Part shown: positions 55,331 through 63,946 of the stretch, one piece after another
How positions within the stretch are numbered: position 1 is the first letter of the stretch
Layout of the letters: each line of letters opens with the position of its first letter
Sequence record: NC_061445.1
DNA: 64,000 nt
Reading direction: 5' to 3' (one strand)
Program-made: the position numbers and the translations under genes
The notes under the pieces: generated by a model
What the model was told of the DNA's origin: nothing
Databases searched by the model: none
The model's input: the letters and a program-made list of their open reading frames with translations, nothing else

Positions 55331-55386
55331 TCTGCAAATAGTTGGACAGAATGCGGGTATATAAGAATAGTCTTATGTGATATAAT
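55331..55386 (+). promoter_or_regulatory. Boxed extended -10 promoter (topoisomerase operon)
   Basis: TCTGCAAATAGTTGGACAG, 32 nt, TG-a-TATAAT 55381-86. Confidence 0.75.
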
Positions 55387-55460
55387 AGCTAGAGACAAGT
55401 AGTGTCTGAACTTGCTAATATCGAGTAGTCTACATGCTACTCACTCAGGAGAACACGAAA

Positions 55461-57491
55461 ATGGCCAAAGCGCCTAAAGCCGTTAAGGTTAAAAAGAAAA
55501 CGGGAGATGGGTCCGAACAAGAAGGATTCATGATCGCAGAAGGTCTTGATGGTATAAGACTGAATCCCGGGATGTACATGGGGGAGCGCGGTCCCGATAT
55601 GGCTTACCGTGCTGTCAAAGAACCTGTAGATAACGATTACGACGAATACATCGCAGGTCGAAACAAACTTATCGAAGTAGTCATTGATTACGATAACGAC
55701 CTGAACGTTGTCGCAGATATGGCGAAAGGTATTCCTACCGACTTCAAGAAATTGAAAGATGGTTCGAAAGAAACGATCATGACCGCAGCGTTTAGCCGTG
55801 CTCACGCTGGTGGCAAGTTCGATGATAAAGCATATAAGACCTCTGCCGGTACTCACGGTGTAGGCGTTGCAGCACTGAACGCAATCTCAAGTCGCCTGCG
55901 TGTGTGGTCAATGTACAAAGGCGGTTGTGCGTATCAGATGTGGGAGTGCGGCGTTGCCAAATCTGGCAAAGACCCGAAACAAGTTAAAGCAGTAGACAAA
56001 GATGTTATGTCTCTGCTGCGTGAAAAGAAACACAACAAGTACGGTACGATTGTCGCGTGGACGCTCGACCAGACTGTCGTGTCTGCTGACGTGCAGCGTG
56101 GTAAGAAGCTGCCTAAGAACTATCGTCACGCTGCACCAGACCCAGCGCAACTTGGTTCGTGGCTGCGTAACATGTCTATGCTCAACCCTGGACTCGAAGT
56201 TCGCCTGACGTTGATCAAGAAAGGCAAGCGCAAAGAGTTCACTTTCATCAACAAGAAAGACCTTGTGCATGTCGTGAAGACGATGGTGGAAGAACGTGAG
56301 CTGGGTTCTGTTGGCAAGCCGTTCATCTTCAAAAACGACAACATCACTGCTGCGCTGACGTGGACAGATCACGCCGACACTGATAACTTCCTCAGTTTCG
56401 TTAACACAAGCCCTACAATTGACGGCGGGTGGCACGTTGTAGGTTTCCGTGATGCGCTGTTCGAAGCAATCAAACCTTTCATGAAAGAATCGAAAGGCAA
56501 AGGCAAGAAGAAGCAGAACTTCAAACAGGAAGATTTGCTTATCGGCCTGACTGGTATGTTCGACTGGCGTATGCACGGTGCTCAGTACACGTCACAGGTT
56601 AAAGACAAGCTGGCGAGCCGTGTTGAAAAAGAAGTATACGAGATGCTGAAAGATGCGTTCGTGAAATACTTCAAGGACAATAAGAAAGTCGCAACGACGA
56701 TCATCAAACGTGCCGAAGCGATGAACAAAGGCCGCGAAGAATTGTCCGCTGTCGTGAAGTCTATGGCAGACACGAAGAAGAAGCTGAAGGGCAACGCACT
56801 CCCTGCTGACCTGATATCTGCGCTCAAGTGTAAGCCCCACGAACGTGAGCTTATCGTTGTAGAAGGTGACTCTGCTGGTGGTACTGCGAAACACGCACGT
56901 AACCCTGACCATCAGGAAGTTATGCTCGCTGGCGGTAAACCGCTCAACGGTCTGAAAGCAAGTCTGGCTGATGTGCTCAAACACAAAGAAGTTCAAGGCA
57001 TGTTGGTATCTGTTGGTGCAGACCTGAAATCGTTAGACCCGAAAGCAGAAGCGCCGAAACTGAGTACGAAGAATCTGCGTATCGGTAACCTGCTGTTCCT
57101 GATGGATGCTGACCCAGACGGCTTCCACATCGCAACGTTGTTCCTGGGTGTTATCTATCGTCTGCTGCCTGACCTGATGAAAGAAGGGCGTGTGTGGATT
57201 GTCGATGCTCCTCTGTATAACGTGATGCACAAAGGCATTCACTATGGCGGTATGTCATTTGACGAATGCCGCGCGAAAGCGCCTGCTGCTGTAAAAGATA
57301 AAGAAATCGTTCGTGCAAAAGGTTGGGGTGAAGTCGAACCTGATGTGCTCGAAGCGATTGCATTTAATCCGAAGACTCGCCGCTTGATTCGTGTGAACCC
57401 ATTCACTAGCGTTGAGCAAGAGCGCTTCTTCCGTGGTGTGCTGGCAGAAGATGCAGTCCATCGTCGTCGTCTGCTGGGTCTGGAGGAATAA
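55461..57491 (+). CDS. Type IIA topoisomerase ATPase/TOPRIM subunit (GyrB/ParE-like)
   Basis: IRLNPGMYMG, EPVDN, HAGGKF, GTHGVGV, VEGDSAGG, MDADPDGFHI, KGWGE. Confidence 0.95.
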   Translation: MAKAPKAVKVKKKTGDGSEQEGFMIAEGLDGIRLNPGMYMGERGPDMAYRAVKEPVDNDYDEYIAGRNKLIEVVIDYDNDLNVVADMAKGIPTDFKKLKDGSKETIMTAAFSRAHAGGKFDDKAYKTSAGTHGVGVAALNAISSRLRVWSMYKGGCAYQMWECGVAKSGKDPKQVKAVDKDVMSLLREKKHNKYGTIVAWTLDQTVVSADVQRGKKLPKNYRHAAPDPAQLGSWLRNMSMLNPGLEVRLTLIKKGKRKEFTFINKKDLVHVVKTMVEERELGSVGKPFIFKNDNITAALTWTDHADTDNFLSFVNTSPTIDGGWHVVGFRDALFEAIKPFMKESKGKGKKKQNFKQEDLLIGLTGMFDWRMHGAQYTSQVKDKLASRVEKEVYEMLKDAFVKYFKDNKKVATTIIKRAEAMNKGREELSAVVKSMADTKKKLKGNALPADLISALKCKPHERELIVVEGDSAGGTAKHARNPDHQEVMLAGGKPLNGLKASLADVLKHKEVQGMLVSVGADLKSLDPKAEAPKLSTKNLRIGNLLFLMDADPDGFHIATLFLGVIYRLLPDLMKEGRVWIVDAPLYNVMHKGIHYGGMSFDECRAKAPAAVKDKEIVRAKGWGEVEPDVLEAIAFNPKTRRLIRVNPFTSVEQERFFRGVLAEDAVHRRRLLGLEE

Positions 57492-57492
57492 C

Positions 57493-57750
57493 ATGGACTT
57501 CAATCTTGGCTGCATGTCAGACGATACGCAGATTCGTTTTCTGGATATGCCTGTGCTCGAACACAAGCAGTTGACCGCCGAGCAGCATAAGCAGTACGGT
57601 GAACTTATGCCTAAGATTCGTGAGCTGTCAAAGCACTGCATCGTATCTGCGCATCGCGTAGTTGACGGCAAACCTGTGGAGCGTGTGCAACTGCAAATGT
57701 CACGTACAACTCTGGATAAGATTAACGCGATTGCCAAAGGGGAACAGTAA
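57493..57750 (+). CDS. Small protein between the topoisomerase subunits
   Basis: GGAGG SD; its TAA overlaps the next ATG. Confidence 0.7.
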   Translation: MDFNLGCMSDDTQIRFLDMPVLEHKQLTAEQHKQYGELMPKIRELSKHCIVSAHRVVDGKPVERVQLQMSRTTLDKINAIAKGEQ

Positions 57751-59399
57751 TGGCAGTTAAGCCAAAGAAAGTAAAAGTCGAAAAGAAATCGACTGCGGTA
57801 GCGAAGCCTGCAAAGGTCAAGTTGAAATCGAAAGCTGTTGCTGTCGATGACATGCCGAAAAAGAAAAAGAAGAAAGGCGAAGTAGCAACAACCAGCACAG
57901 GCGCTTCATTGTACCCGATGCTGGGTCAAGATGAATCTCTCATTCGTGACGAGAACCTCGCTGACTACACACGACGCGCTCTCTTCCAGTACGGCTCTTA
58001 CGTTGTTGAAGACCGTGCTATCGCTGACTACCGTGATGGCCTCAAGCCTGTACACCGTGCGTTACTTTGGTCATTGTGTGACTTGGGCTTGCGTCCCGGA
58101 GGCGCATTCAAGAAGTCTGCGCGTACAGTGGGTGATGCGTTAGGTAAGTATCACCCACACGGTGACGCTGCTTGTTATGGTGCGATGGTCACTATTGCAA
58201 ACACAGTGCCTCCTGCTGTAGCTGGTCAAGGTAACTGGGGCGACCCTGTAGCACCTGCCGCGGCGATGCGTTACACAGAAGCGAAAATGAGTAAGTTTGC
58301 TGGTAGCTTCCTGCTGGACCCTGACTATCTTGAAGTAACGCCTATGGTGGACAACTTCTCAAACGATATGAAGATTCCACTGTATCTGCCAGCGCTGTTG
58401 CCGTACATGTTGTTTAACGGTAGTGTGCCTGCGCCAGCATACGGCGTTAAGTGTGGCAACCCTACATTCAGCTTCACGTCAGTCGCCAAAGTCGTTTGCG
58501 ATATGCTCAACGGCAAAGAGTATAGCGCGAAGAAACTCGCTGACACGCTCAAAGTCAACCACGAGTATGGTTGCTTGGACGTAAGCTCGGATGAAGACTT
58601 CCTCGCTCTTATGTCTACTGGTCGTGGTAAAGTAACCTACGAACCGCAGATGAAGATTGACGAGAAAGCGAAGACGATCACGATTCAGACCTACGTGCCG
58701 GGTGGAATGTCGAACAACTCCACCATCACTAAGAAGCTGGAGAAGATTGCCGAGTGGCCGGGCGTTGTATCTGCGTCTAACGCCAGTTCTAAAAAGAACA
58801 AAGATGCAGGTCCGTGGGGCGCAGCATTCGCCATCAAATGTCGTGGCAGCGAAGACCAGCTGTATGAACTCGCAACCAAGATTCAGCGTGAAGTAACATC
58901 TGCCATCAACTACTCGTTGGGTGTTACCGTTCGCCGTGCAGACGCATCGAACAAGTTTATGTACCTGTCGTATGTGAACTACTTCAAAGCGTGGGTTGCA
59001 TATCGCATCAAGCTGGAAACAGCGATGCTCAAAAACAAATTGGCCAAAGCAGAACGGCAGTTGTACCTCAATGAGGTATATTTGTGGGCTGTGGATAACA
59101 TGGACAAGTTGCTCAAAGCTCTGCCTAAAGTTCTTATGGCTAAAGACCCTGACGAAATGCTGGCGAAGATTTTCAAGATTAAACTTGAAAGCGCCAAGAT
59201 CATACTCGACCGTCAGGTTCGTAAGCTGGCAAGACTCGAACGCGCAGCATTAGCCCAAAAAGTTAAAGAGCTGAAGGCTGAGATTGCCGAATATAAAGGC
59301 GGTCTGAAAGAACCAGGCAAATACGCTGCTGCTGGTACTGCTGCAAAAGTTAAGGCTTATCTGAAATCACCAGACGATAAACTCCCTGTCGCTCTGTGA
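57750..59399 (+). CDS. Type IIA topoisomerase breakage-reunion subunit (GyrA/ParC-like, no CTD)
   Basis: DGLKPVHR, KKSAR, YHPHGD, AAMRYTE (catalytic Tyr at 58272). Confidence 0.95.
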   Translation: MAVKPKKVKVEKKSTAVAKPAKVKLKSKAVAVDDMPKKKKKKGEVATTSTGASLYPMLGQDESLIRDENLADYTRRALFQYGSYVVEDRAIADYRDGLKPVHRALLWSLCDLGLRPGGAFKKSARTVGDALGKYHPHGDAACYGAMVTIANTVPPAVAGQGNWGDPVAPAAAMRYTEAKMSKFAGSFLLDPDYLEVTPMVDNFSNDMKIPLYLPALLPYMLFNGSVPAPAYGVKCGNPTFSFTSVAKVVCDMLNGKEYSAKKLADTLKVNHEYGCLDVSSDEDFLALMSTGRGKVTYEPQMKIDEKAKTITIQTYVPGGMSNNSTITKKLEKIAEWPGVVSASNASSKKNKDAGPWGAAFAIKCRGSEDQLYELATKIQREVTSAINYSLGVTVRRADASNKFMYLSYVNYFKAWVAYRIKLETAMLKNKLAKAERQLYLNEVYLWAVDNMDKLLKALPKVLMAKDPDEMLAKIFKIKLESAKIILDRQVRKLARLERAALAQKVKELKAEIAEYKGGLKEPGKYAAAGTAAKVKAYLKSPDDKLPVAL

Positions 59400-59420
59400 T
59401 AAATCTGTAAATACAACTCA

Positions 59421-59472
59421 GCAAATTCTTGGACGAAATGCGGTTGTATCAGAATAGTCTTAATGATATAAT
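59421..59472 (+). promoter_or_regulatory. Boxed extended -10 promoter preceded by CTGTAAATA (59405)
   Basis: TGGACG 59430-35, 31 nt, TG-a-TATAAT 59467-72. Confidence 0.7.
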
Positions 59473-59474
59473 GG

Positions 59475-59750
59475 TACTGTTGAGATGGGTCAGATAACGG
59501 CATTGTTTGACCCATCTTTTAACCACGAGGAAAAAATGAGGAGGAGCTAGCGCAGCAAATCACAACTCAAGGGCAATAGAATAAACCGAGCCTAAAAGGC
59601 CGAACCGCCAGACTCTGGATATAACCAGAGCAGAGCAATACTATAATCGACCCAAGTAATACTAATATGCTTATGCAACATTGGTATTCGAAGTGTCGCT
59701 AGGACTAGAACGTATGGTCCTCAACTCTTAATGAAGTTTGGAAACCACAA
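59475..59750 (+). ncRNA. Candidate structured leader or small RNA
   Basis: About 280 nt of non-coding sequence with five hairpins downstream of a promoter. Confidence 0.35.
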
Positions 59751-59752
59751 GC

Positions 59753-61027
59753 ATGAAAAATCCGGTAAACAACCTTAAGGCTGGTTTAGAGACAGTTAAT
59801 GGAACATTGGCTGCACTCCGTTCAGGCAGTAATTTGAAACGCCAGCACGTTGTTGAATCGCTGGGTCAACCGAAGAACATCTTGGCTGATCTCACGAAAT
59901 CATTAAAGAGTAATACCTACAAGTCGTACCCCGATGTTTTGCAACTGCGTGATTCTGTACGCGCAACTTGCACCACCTGCCTAAGCCTGTCAGAACAAGT
60001 GGCCGCTAAACGCATCAAGCCACGCGAACTGATGGAAAAGCTCGGTGAAATTGTGAAGTCGTTCAAGGCTGATATCGCATTAGCCAACGCCTGTTTAGAA
60101 TATCTCCCTGCATCGCGTAAAGCCGTTTCGCTCGACGATATGCCAGCAGATGTTGAGGGCAAAGCTCGCTTACAAGCGGCGCAAGCTATCGACAAAGAGA
60201 TGTACGAGCAGGAAGTGAATGACAAGGCCGTTCGTCGTGAACAGCGCGAAGATGCAGCGACTGCCAAAACAAGTCGCGTATTGAGCCGTCTCAAAGACGC
60301 ACACGCCCACAAAGTACCGAGAACGTTCAACAAAGCTATTCAGATAATCCAACTTCCTGTGATGGCCAGATTCGGTACACTCTCAATGAGTCCCGAAGCG
60401 CTGTCTCGCATGGGCTTCAAAATCGAAACTGCCGGTCTGCACTCGACCCCTAGTTCTGACCTCGGCATCATCTTTGAAGGCCAGCTTCTGTTATTCTTCC
60501 GTATGTCCGACGCGAAAGGCATGGCAGAAGAAGCTGCGAAAGATCACAAGAACCTTGACGGTACCCTCGTCGAACGCAAACGCCTCCAGAAAGAACGCAA
60601 CGCTGAACGCCGCGATCTCAAGAAGCTCAATCAGCTTTTAGAGCAAGCAAAGTCGCTGAAAGCTCGTCGTGCTATTCGTGAACAAATCGAAGACGCGCAG
60701 ACGAACATCAATGACGCTACAGCGAAGCTCGAAGCTATGGATGCGCGTGTGCGTCTTGCTGGGTCCCGTGAGCGTGTGTATCGTCAGATGAAGACGTCGA
60801 ACGATCACGCGATGTTAGATTATCTTAACCCCATTGTCGATATGCTCAATGAGAAAAGCAGTTCATCGCTTGGACTGTTTACCACAATGCCTCTGCGTGG
60901 TGTGATGAAAGACGCAGATGTTTACTGTGCGTGGCTCATGGAGAAATCAGCTATCAACCTATTGTTGCGCCATACAGGCGGCGACATGAAGTTGCAGAAC
61001 TGGTTCCTGCCGTGGACTAATGGCTAA
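59753..61027 (+). CDS. Coiled-coil-rich hypothetical protein
   Basis: Long helical ORF. Confidence 0.8.
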   Translation: MKNPVNNLKAGLETVNGTLAALRSGSNLKRQHVVESLGQPKNILADLTKSLKSNTYKSYPDVLQLRDSVRATCTTCLSLSEQVAAKRIKPRELMEKLGEIVKSFKADIALANACLEYLPASRKAVSLDDMPADVEGKARLQAAQAIDKEMYEQEVNDKAVRREQREDAATAKTSRVLSRLKDAHAHKVPRTFNKAIQIIQLPVMARFGTLSMSPEALSRMGFKIETAGLHSTPSSDLGIIFEGQLLLFFRMSDAKGMAEEAAKDHKNLDGTLVERKRLQKERNAERRDLKKLNQLLEQAKSLKARRAIREQIEDAQTNINDATAKLEAMDARVRLAGSRERVYRQMKTSNDHAMLDYLNPIVDMLNEKSSSSLGLFTTMPLRGVMKDADVYCAWLMEKSAINLLLRHTGGDMKLQNWFLPWTNG

Positions 61028-61559
61028 CGAAAACCGACTTCCTGCGGTAGTGAAAGGTGAGTTGACTCAGTGTGTGATTTGCGGTAGATTTGTGCGCAAC
61101 ATTCACTGGCACCACACAACACCCCGCTCACTGGGTGGCGAGCACATGCTCCAAATCCCAATAGACGGTGACTGCCACACAACGCTACATGCGAAAGCAG
61201 AAGCGGTGGTAGCGAAGTTAGCAGGTAACCGTAAACAACCTATCGGTACGTTCTGGGATGACCCGGAAGTTGAAGATAGGGCACAAACGTGGTTAGACAT
61301 TCTGGTACAAGCTATGCTCAACCCGCCGGTGCAGCCCGGACAGAAAGAAGTGCTGCTGCCGATGATTAAGGTTGACATGACTACCAGACATGCTCTCGAA
61401 CTCTTGAAGCGCGACACGCCTGGCATTACTAATATGAGCCAAGTGTTGCGGTATTGCATTGAGACAACATTAAAATCAAAGGGGTTAAAAAATGGCGAAT
61501 CAAAAAGTACGCACTCTGGACATCAAAACTCTCGTAAAAAGCGAACTGAGCTGTGGTGA
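61020..61559 (+). CDS. HNH-like zinc-binding nuclease domain fused to a possible RHH domain
   Basis: CVICG..HWHHTTPRSLGG..DGDCHTTLH; C-terminal PMIKVDMTTRHALELLK..NMSQVLRYCI. Confidence 0.65.
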   Translation: MANENRLPAVVKGELTQCVICGRFVRNIHWHHTTPRSLGGEHMLQIPIDGDCHTTLHAKAEAVVAKLAGNRKQPIGTFWDDPEVEDRAQTWLDILVQAMLNPPVQPGQKEVLLPMIKVDMTTRHALELLKRDTPGITNMSQVLRYCIETTLKSKGLKNGESKSTHSGHQNSRKKRTELW

Positions 61560-62358
61560 TTGCCGTGGCCTGACACGAGATGCTTTACTCCCGACTGCCG
61601 AAAAGCCGTGTGCTACACAAGGTCAGTTAGCAGATTCTAAGATCTGCAAACACTATCGTTCTGACAGCCAATCGCTGACTGAACTGATGACCGAGCATGG
61701 CGATACGCTCGTTGCTCTTTTCAACACGTTCCGTAAACTGAGTGACAAAGACCTGCGCGTTGTCGCTGGTATGTTGTTGTCAGAATCTAAAACACGCCGT
61801 CACGGTGTGAAGATGGGACAAGCTGTTTTCGTTCGTTATCAAGGTCGTGAGACTCGCAACTACCTGAATAACTTCATGGCTGCGCGTGTTCTCGATGTAG
61901 ACGCAGATTCGATTCGCCTTATTTCCGAGAAAGGTGATATCGTTCTGACGTATGCAAACACCGGCTTCAATGGTCCTTCCGTATATACCAAAAAGCAGTT
62001 TGCTAAGTTACGCGCTGACATGATCAAAGCAGGTAAGCTGGTTGATCCTGAGCGTGAGATCAAAACTACCAAACGTCTTCTGCCGCAAGAAGACAACGTT
62101 AACTTCTCTGCACCGAGCGAACTCGATGGCTTCTCTCTTCCTCGTATGGAAGAAGTTACCAAGGGTCGTGGCGGCAAGCGTAAAGGTCGTAAGACTCAAA
62201 CGCTGGTCGATATCGTGTCAATGATTGAGAACGGTCATGACATGGGTGCTGAACAAGACGAGTCAGGTGTGATGAGTCTTGGTGGCAATAGCTACAAAGC
62301 CAAGAAGAAGAAAATCAGCGTTGGTAAAAACGGTGTTGTCGAACTCGGCGACCTGTAA
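61492..62358 (+). CDS. Hypothetical protein with an N-terminal Cys cluster
   Basis: CGDCRG...C...CKHY. Confidence 0.75.
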   Translation: MANQKVRTLDIKTLVKSELSCGDCRGLTRDALLPTAEKPCATQGQLADSKICKHYRSDSQSLTELMTEHGDTLVALFNTFRKLSDKDLRVVAGMLLSESKTRRHGVKMGQAVFVRYQGRETRNYLNNFMAARVLDVDADSIRLISEKGDIVLTYANTGFNGPSVYTKKQFAKLRADMIKAGKLVDPEREIKTTKRLLPQEDNVNFSAPSELDGFSLPRMEEVTKGRGGKRKGRKTQTLVDIVSMIENGHDMGAEQDESGVMSLGGNSYKAKKKKISVGKNGVVELGDL

Positions 62359-62412
62359 TTAAGATCTAATACTCACAGCAACCTCAAATATACGAATAGG
62401 ATCTCGGAAAAA

Positions 62413-63552
62413 ATGATCACAGAAGAATTAGGTCTTAATGCTTATCTGGCACAGCGTCTGGGTATTGAGGAAACCTCAGAGGCGTTCCAACGAGTATACG
62501 CTGCAACGATTCGTTACATTGGCAGCGGGTATAAATCTATCGCGGGTTATCACCGCGACTTGCAAGCAGCCGTGGATTTTAAGCAGTACGAATTTACTGC
62601 CCCGGACTTGCGTATCGAACTTTCTTCCATCTGTCGTTTCACGTTGAAGATGCGTTTCTTTGTGCTGGCCGTGTGTCTGCACAAAGACCCGAAAGCAACA
62701 ATCCAGAAGTATGCGCAGTATGGGCTGTCGCGCCGTGAAGCAGTGTTAGCATGGAACCTGATTTTGAAGCACAACGATCAGCGTACTCAAATTCGTCGTT
62801 GTGCTAAAGCGCGTTCAAAAACCAAGGGTGGTCTTGATATCACTATGGTGAGCAGTAACGAACTGCAAATGCGCTTAGAACAAACAGCCAGCCTGTTTGG
62901 TGAGATTCATCGTAACGCCAAGCGTCTGGTCAGAAAGAACCTGCAGTGGGTGTCAGTCAGTCATAACATTCCGATTGCTGACTTGACGTGTGACATTATG
63001 TGCAAGGTGCTGCTGTCGTACTATCAGTCCTTGCCTAATCGTTTCAGCGAGGGCCACCAGCTCAACTATCTTCGTGCATCACTGACGAACCGCATTAACA
63101 ACATGAACAACTACTACGGCGCTGAGAAGCGCAAGCGTATGAAGAAAGTGGGCGAAGACAAATACGAGATCATTGTTATGTCTGACAATCAGATGTGGCA
63201 CAATCCCGAAGATGATTCATCCAACTCATACGAAGACATGTTGGGTGTGGATGCTCGCGTACACACCGAGCAGATGGAAAACAACTTGACGATCAATCGT
63301 CTGTTGGAAGATTCAGAAGGAACGAAACGCCACAAACTGTATCAAACGGTACTCGGCCGCGATTGTGCTGAGTTCACCGAATATCTGCGTGAGAACGGAA
63401 TGTTGAAACAGACCATGACGTGTGCTACCCAGTGGATAATGGCGAAGCCCGCGAAGTTCATACGCAAGACTCTAGCCAAGTGGCTTGAGGTTAGCGTTGA
63501 TGCCGTGTCTGGCGGTCTGGACACATTACGTGGTTCATTACAGGTCGCATGA
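62413..63552 (+). CDS. Divergent sigma-70/ECF-like factor (putative phage sigma)
   Basis: Region-2-like KRLVRKN..IADLTCDIMCKVL..F....LNYLRASLTNRINN and region-4.2-like TLAKWLEVSVDAVSGGLDTLRGSL. Confidence 0.55.
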   Translation: MITEELGLNAYLAQRLGIEETSEAFQRVYAATIRYIGSGYKSIAGYHRDLQAAVDFKQYEFTAPDLRIELSSICRFTLKMRFFVLAVCLHKDPKATIQKYAQYGLSRREAVLAWNLILKHNDQRTQIRRCAKARSKTKGGLDITMVSSNELQMRLEQTASLFGEIHRNAKRLVRKNLQWVSVSHNIPIADLTCDIMCKVLLSYYQSLPNRFSEGHQLNYLRASLTNRINNMNNYYGAEKRKRMKKVGEDKYEIIVMSDNQMWHNPEDDSSNSYEDMLGVDARVHTEQMENNLTINRLLEDSEGTKRHKLYQTVLGRDCAEFTEYLRENGMLKQTMTCATQWIMAKPAKFIRKTLAKWLEVSVDAVSGGLDTLRGSLQVA

Positions 63553-63938
63553 GAGGTCACCGTATAAATATGCAAGCTATCCTTAACACTGATGTGGAGC
63601 GTTCTGCATTAGCGCTGTTCAGCCGTCCTCAACTGGAAGAGGACTATAAGCGTACCGTGATGTACCTCGTGTATAAGACTGTAAATCGTAATGGCATGAT
63701 GCAAGTCAAGCGTCTGATGTTTGAACTGAGTCAGACGTATGGCCTGAACAAAGAAGATGTTATGTCTGCTATCAGTGCTCTCAAAGCGCCAGCGACATTC
63801 AACGCGCTCTCTGTGTTCGTGCCTCGTGCAGATATGAAGGCTAATCGTGTTTGTCGCGTCAATTCGAATACTGCGATTGAAAGTTGGATTGCAGAAGTAG
63901 AAGCGACTCGACCGCACATCACTCGCTTGTTGCAGTAG
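63549..63938 (+). CDS. Hypothetical protein (possible winged helix)
   Basis: ATGA overlap. Confidence 0.7.
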   Translation: MRGHRINMQAILNTDVERSALALFSRPQLEEDYKRTVMYLVYKTVNRNGMMQVKRLMFELSQTYGLNKEDVMSAISALKAPATFNALSVFVPRADMKANRVCRVNSNTAIESWIAEVEATRPHITRLLQ

Positions 63939-63946
63939 GGGCATAG

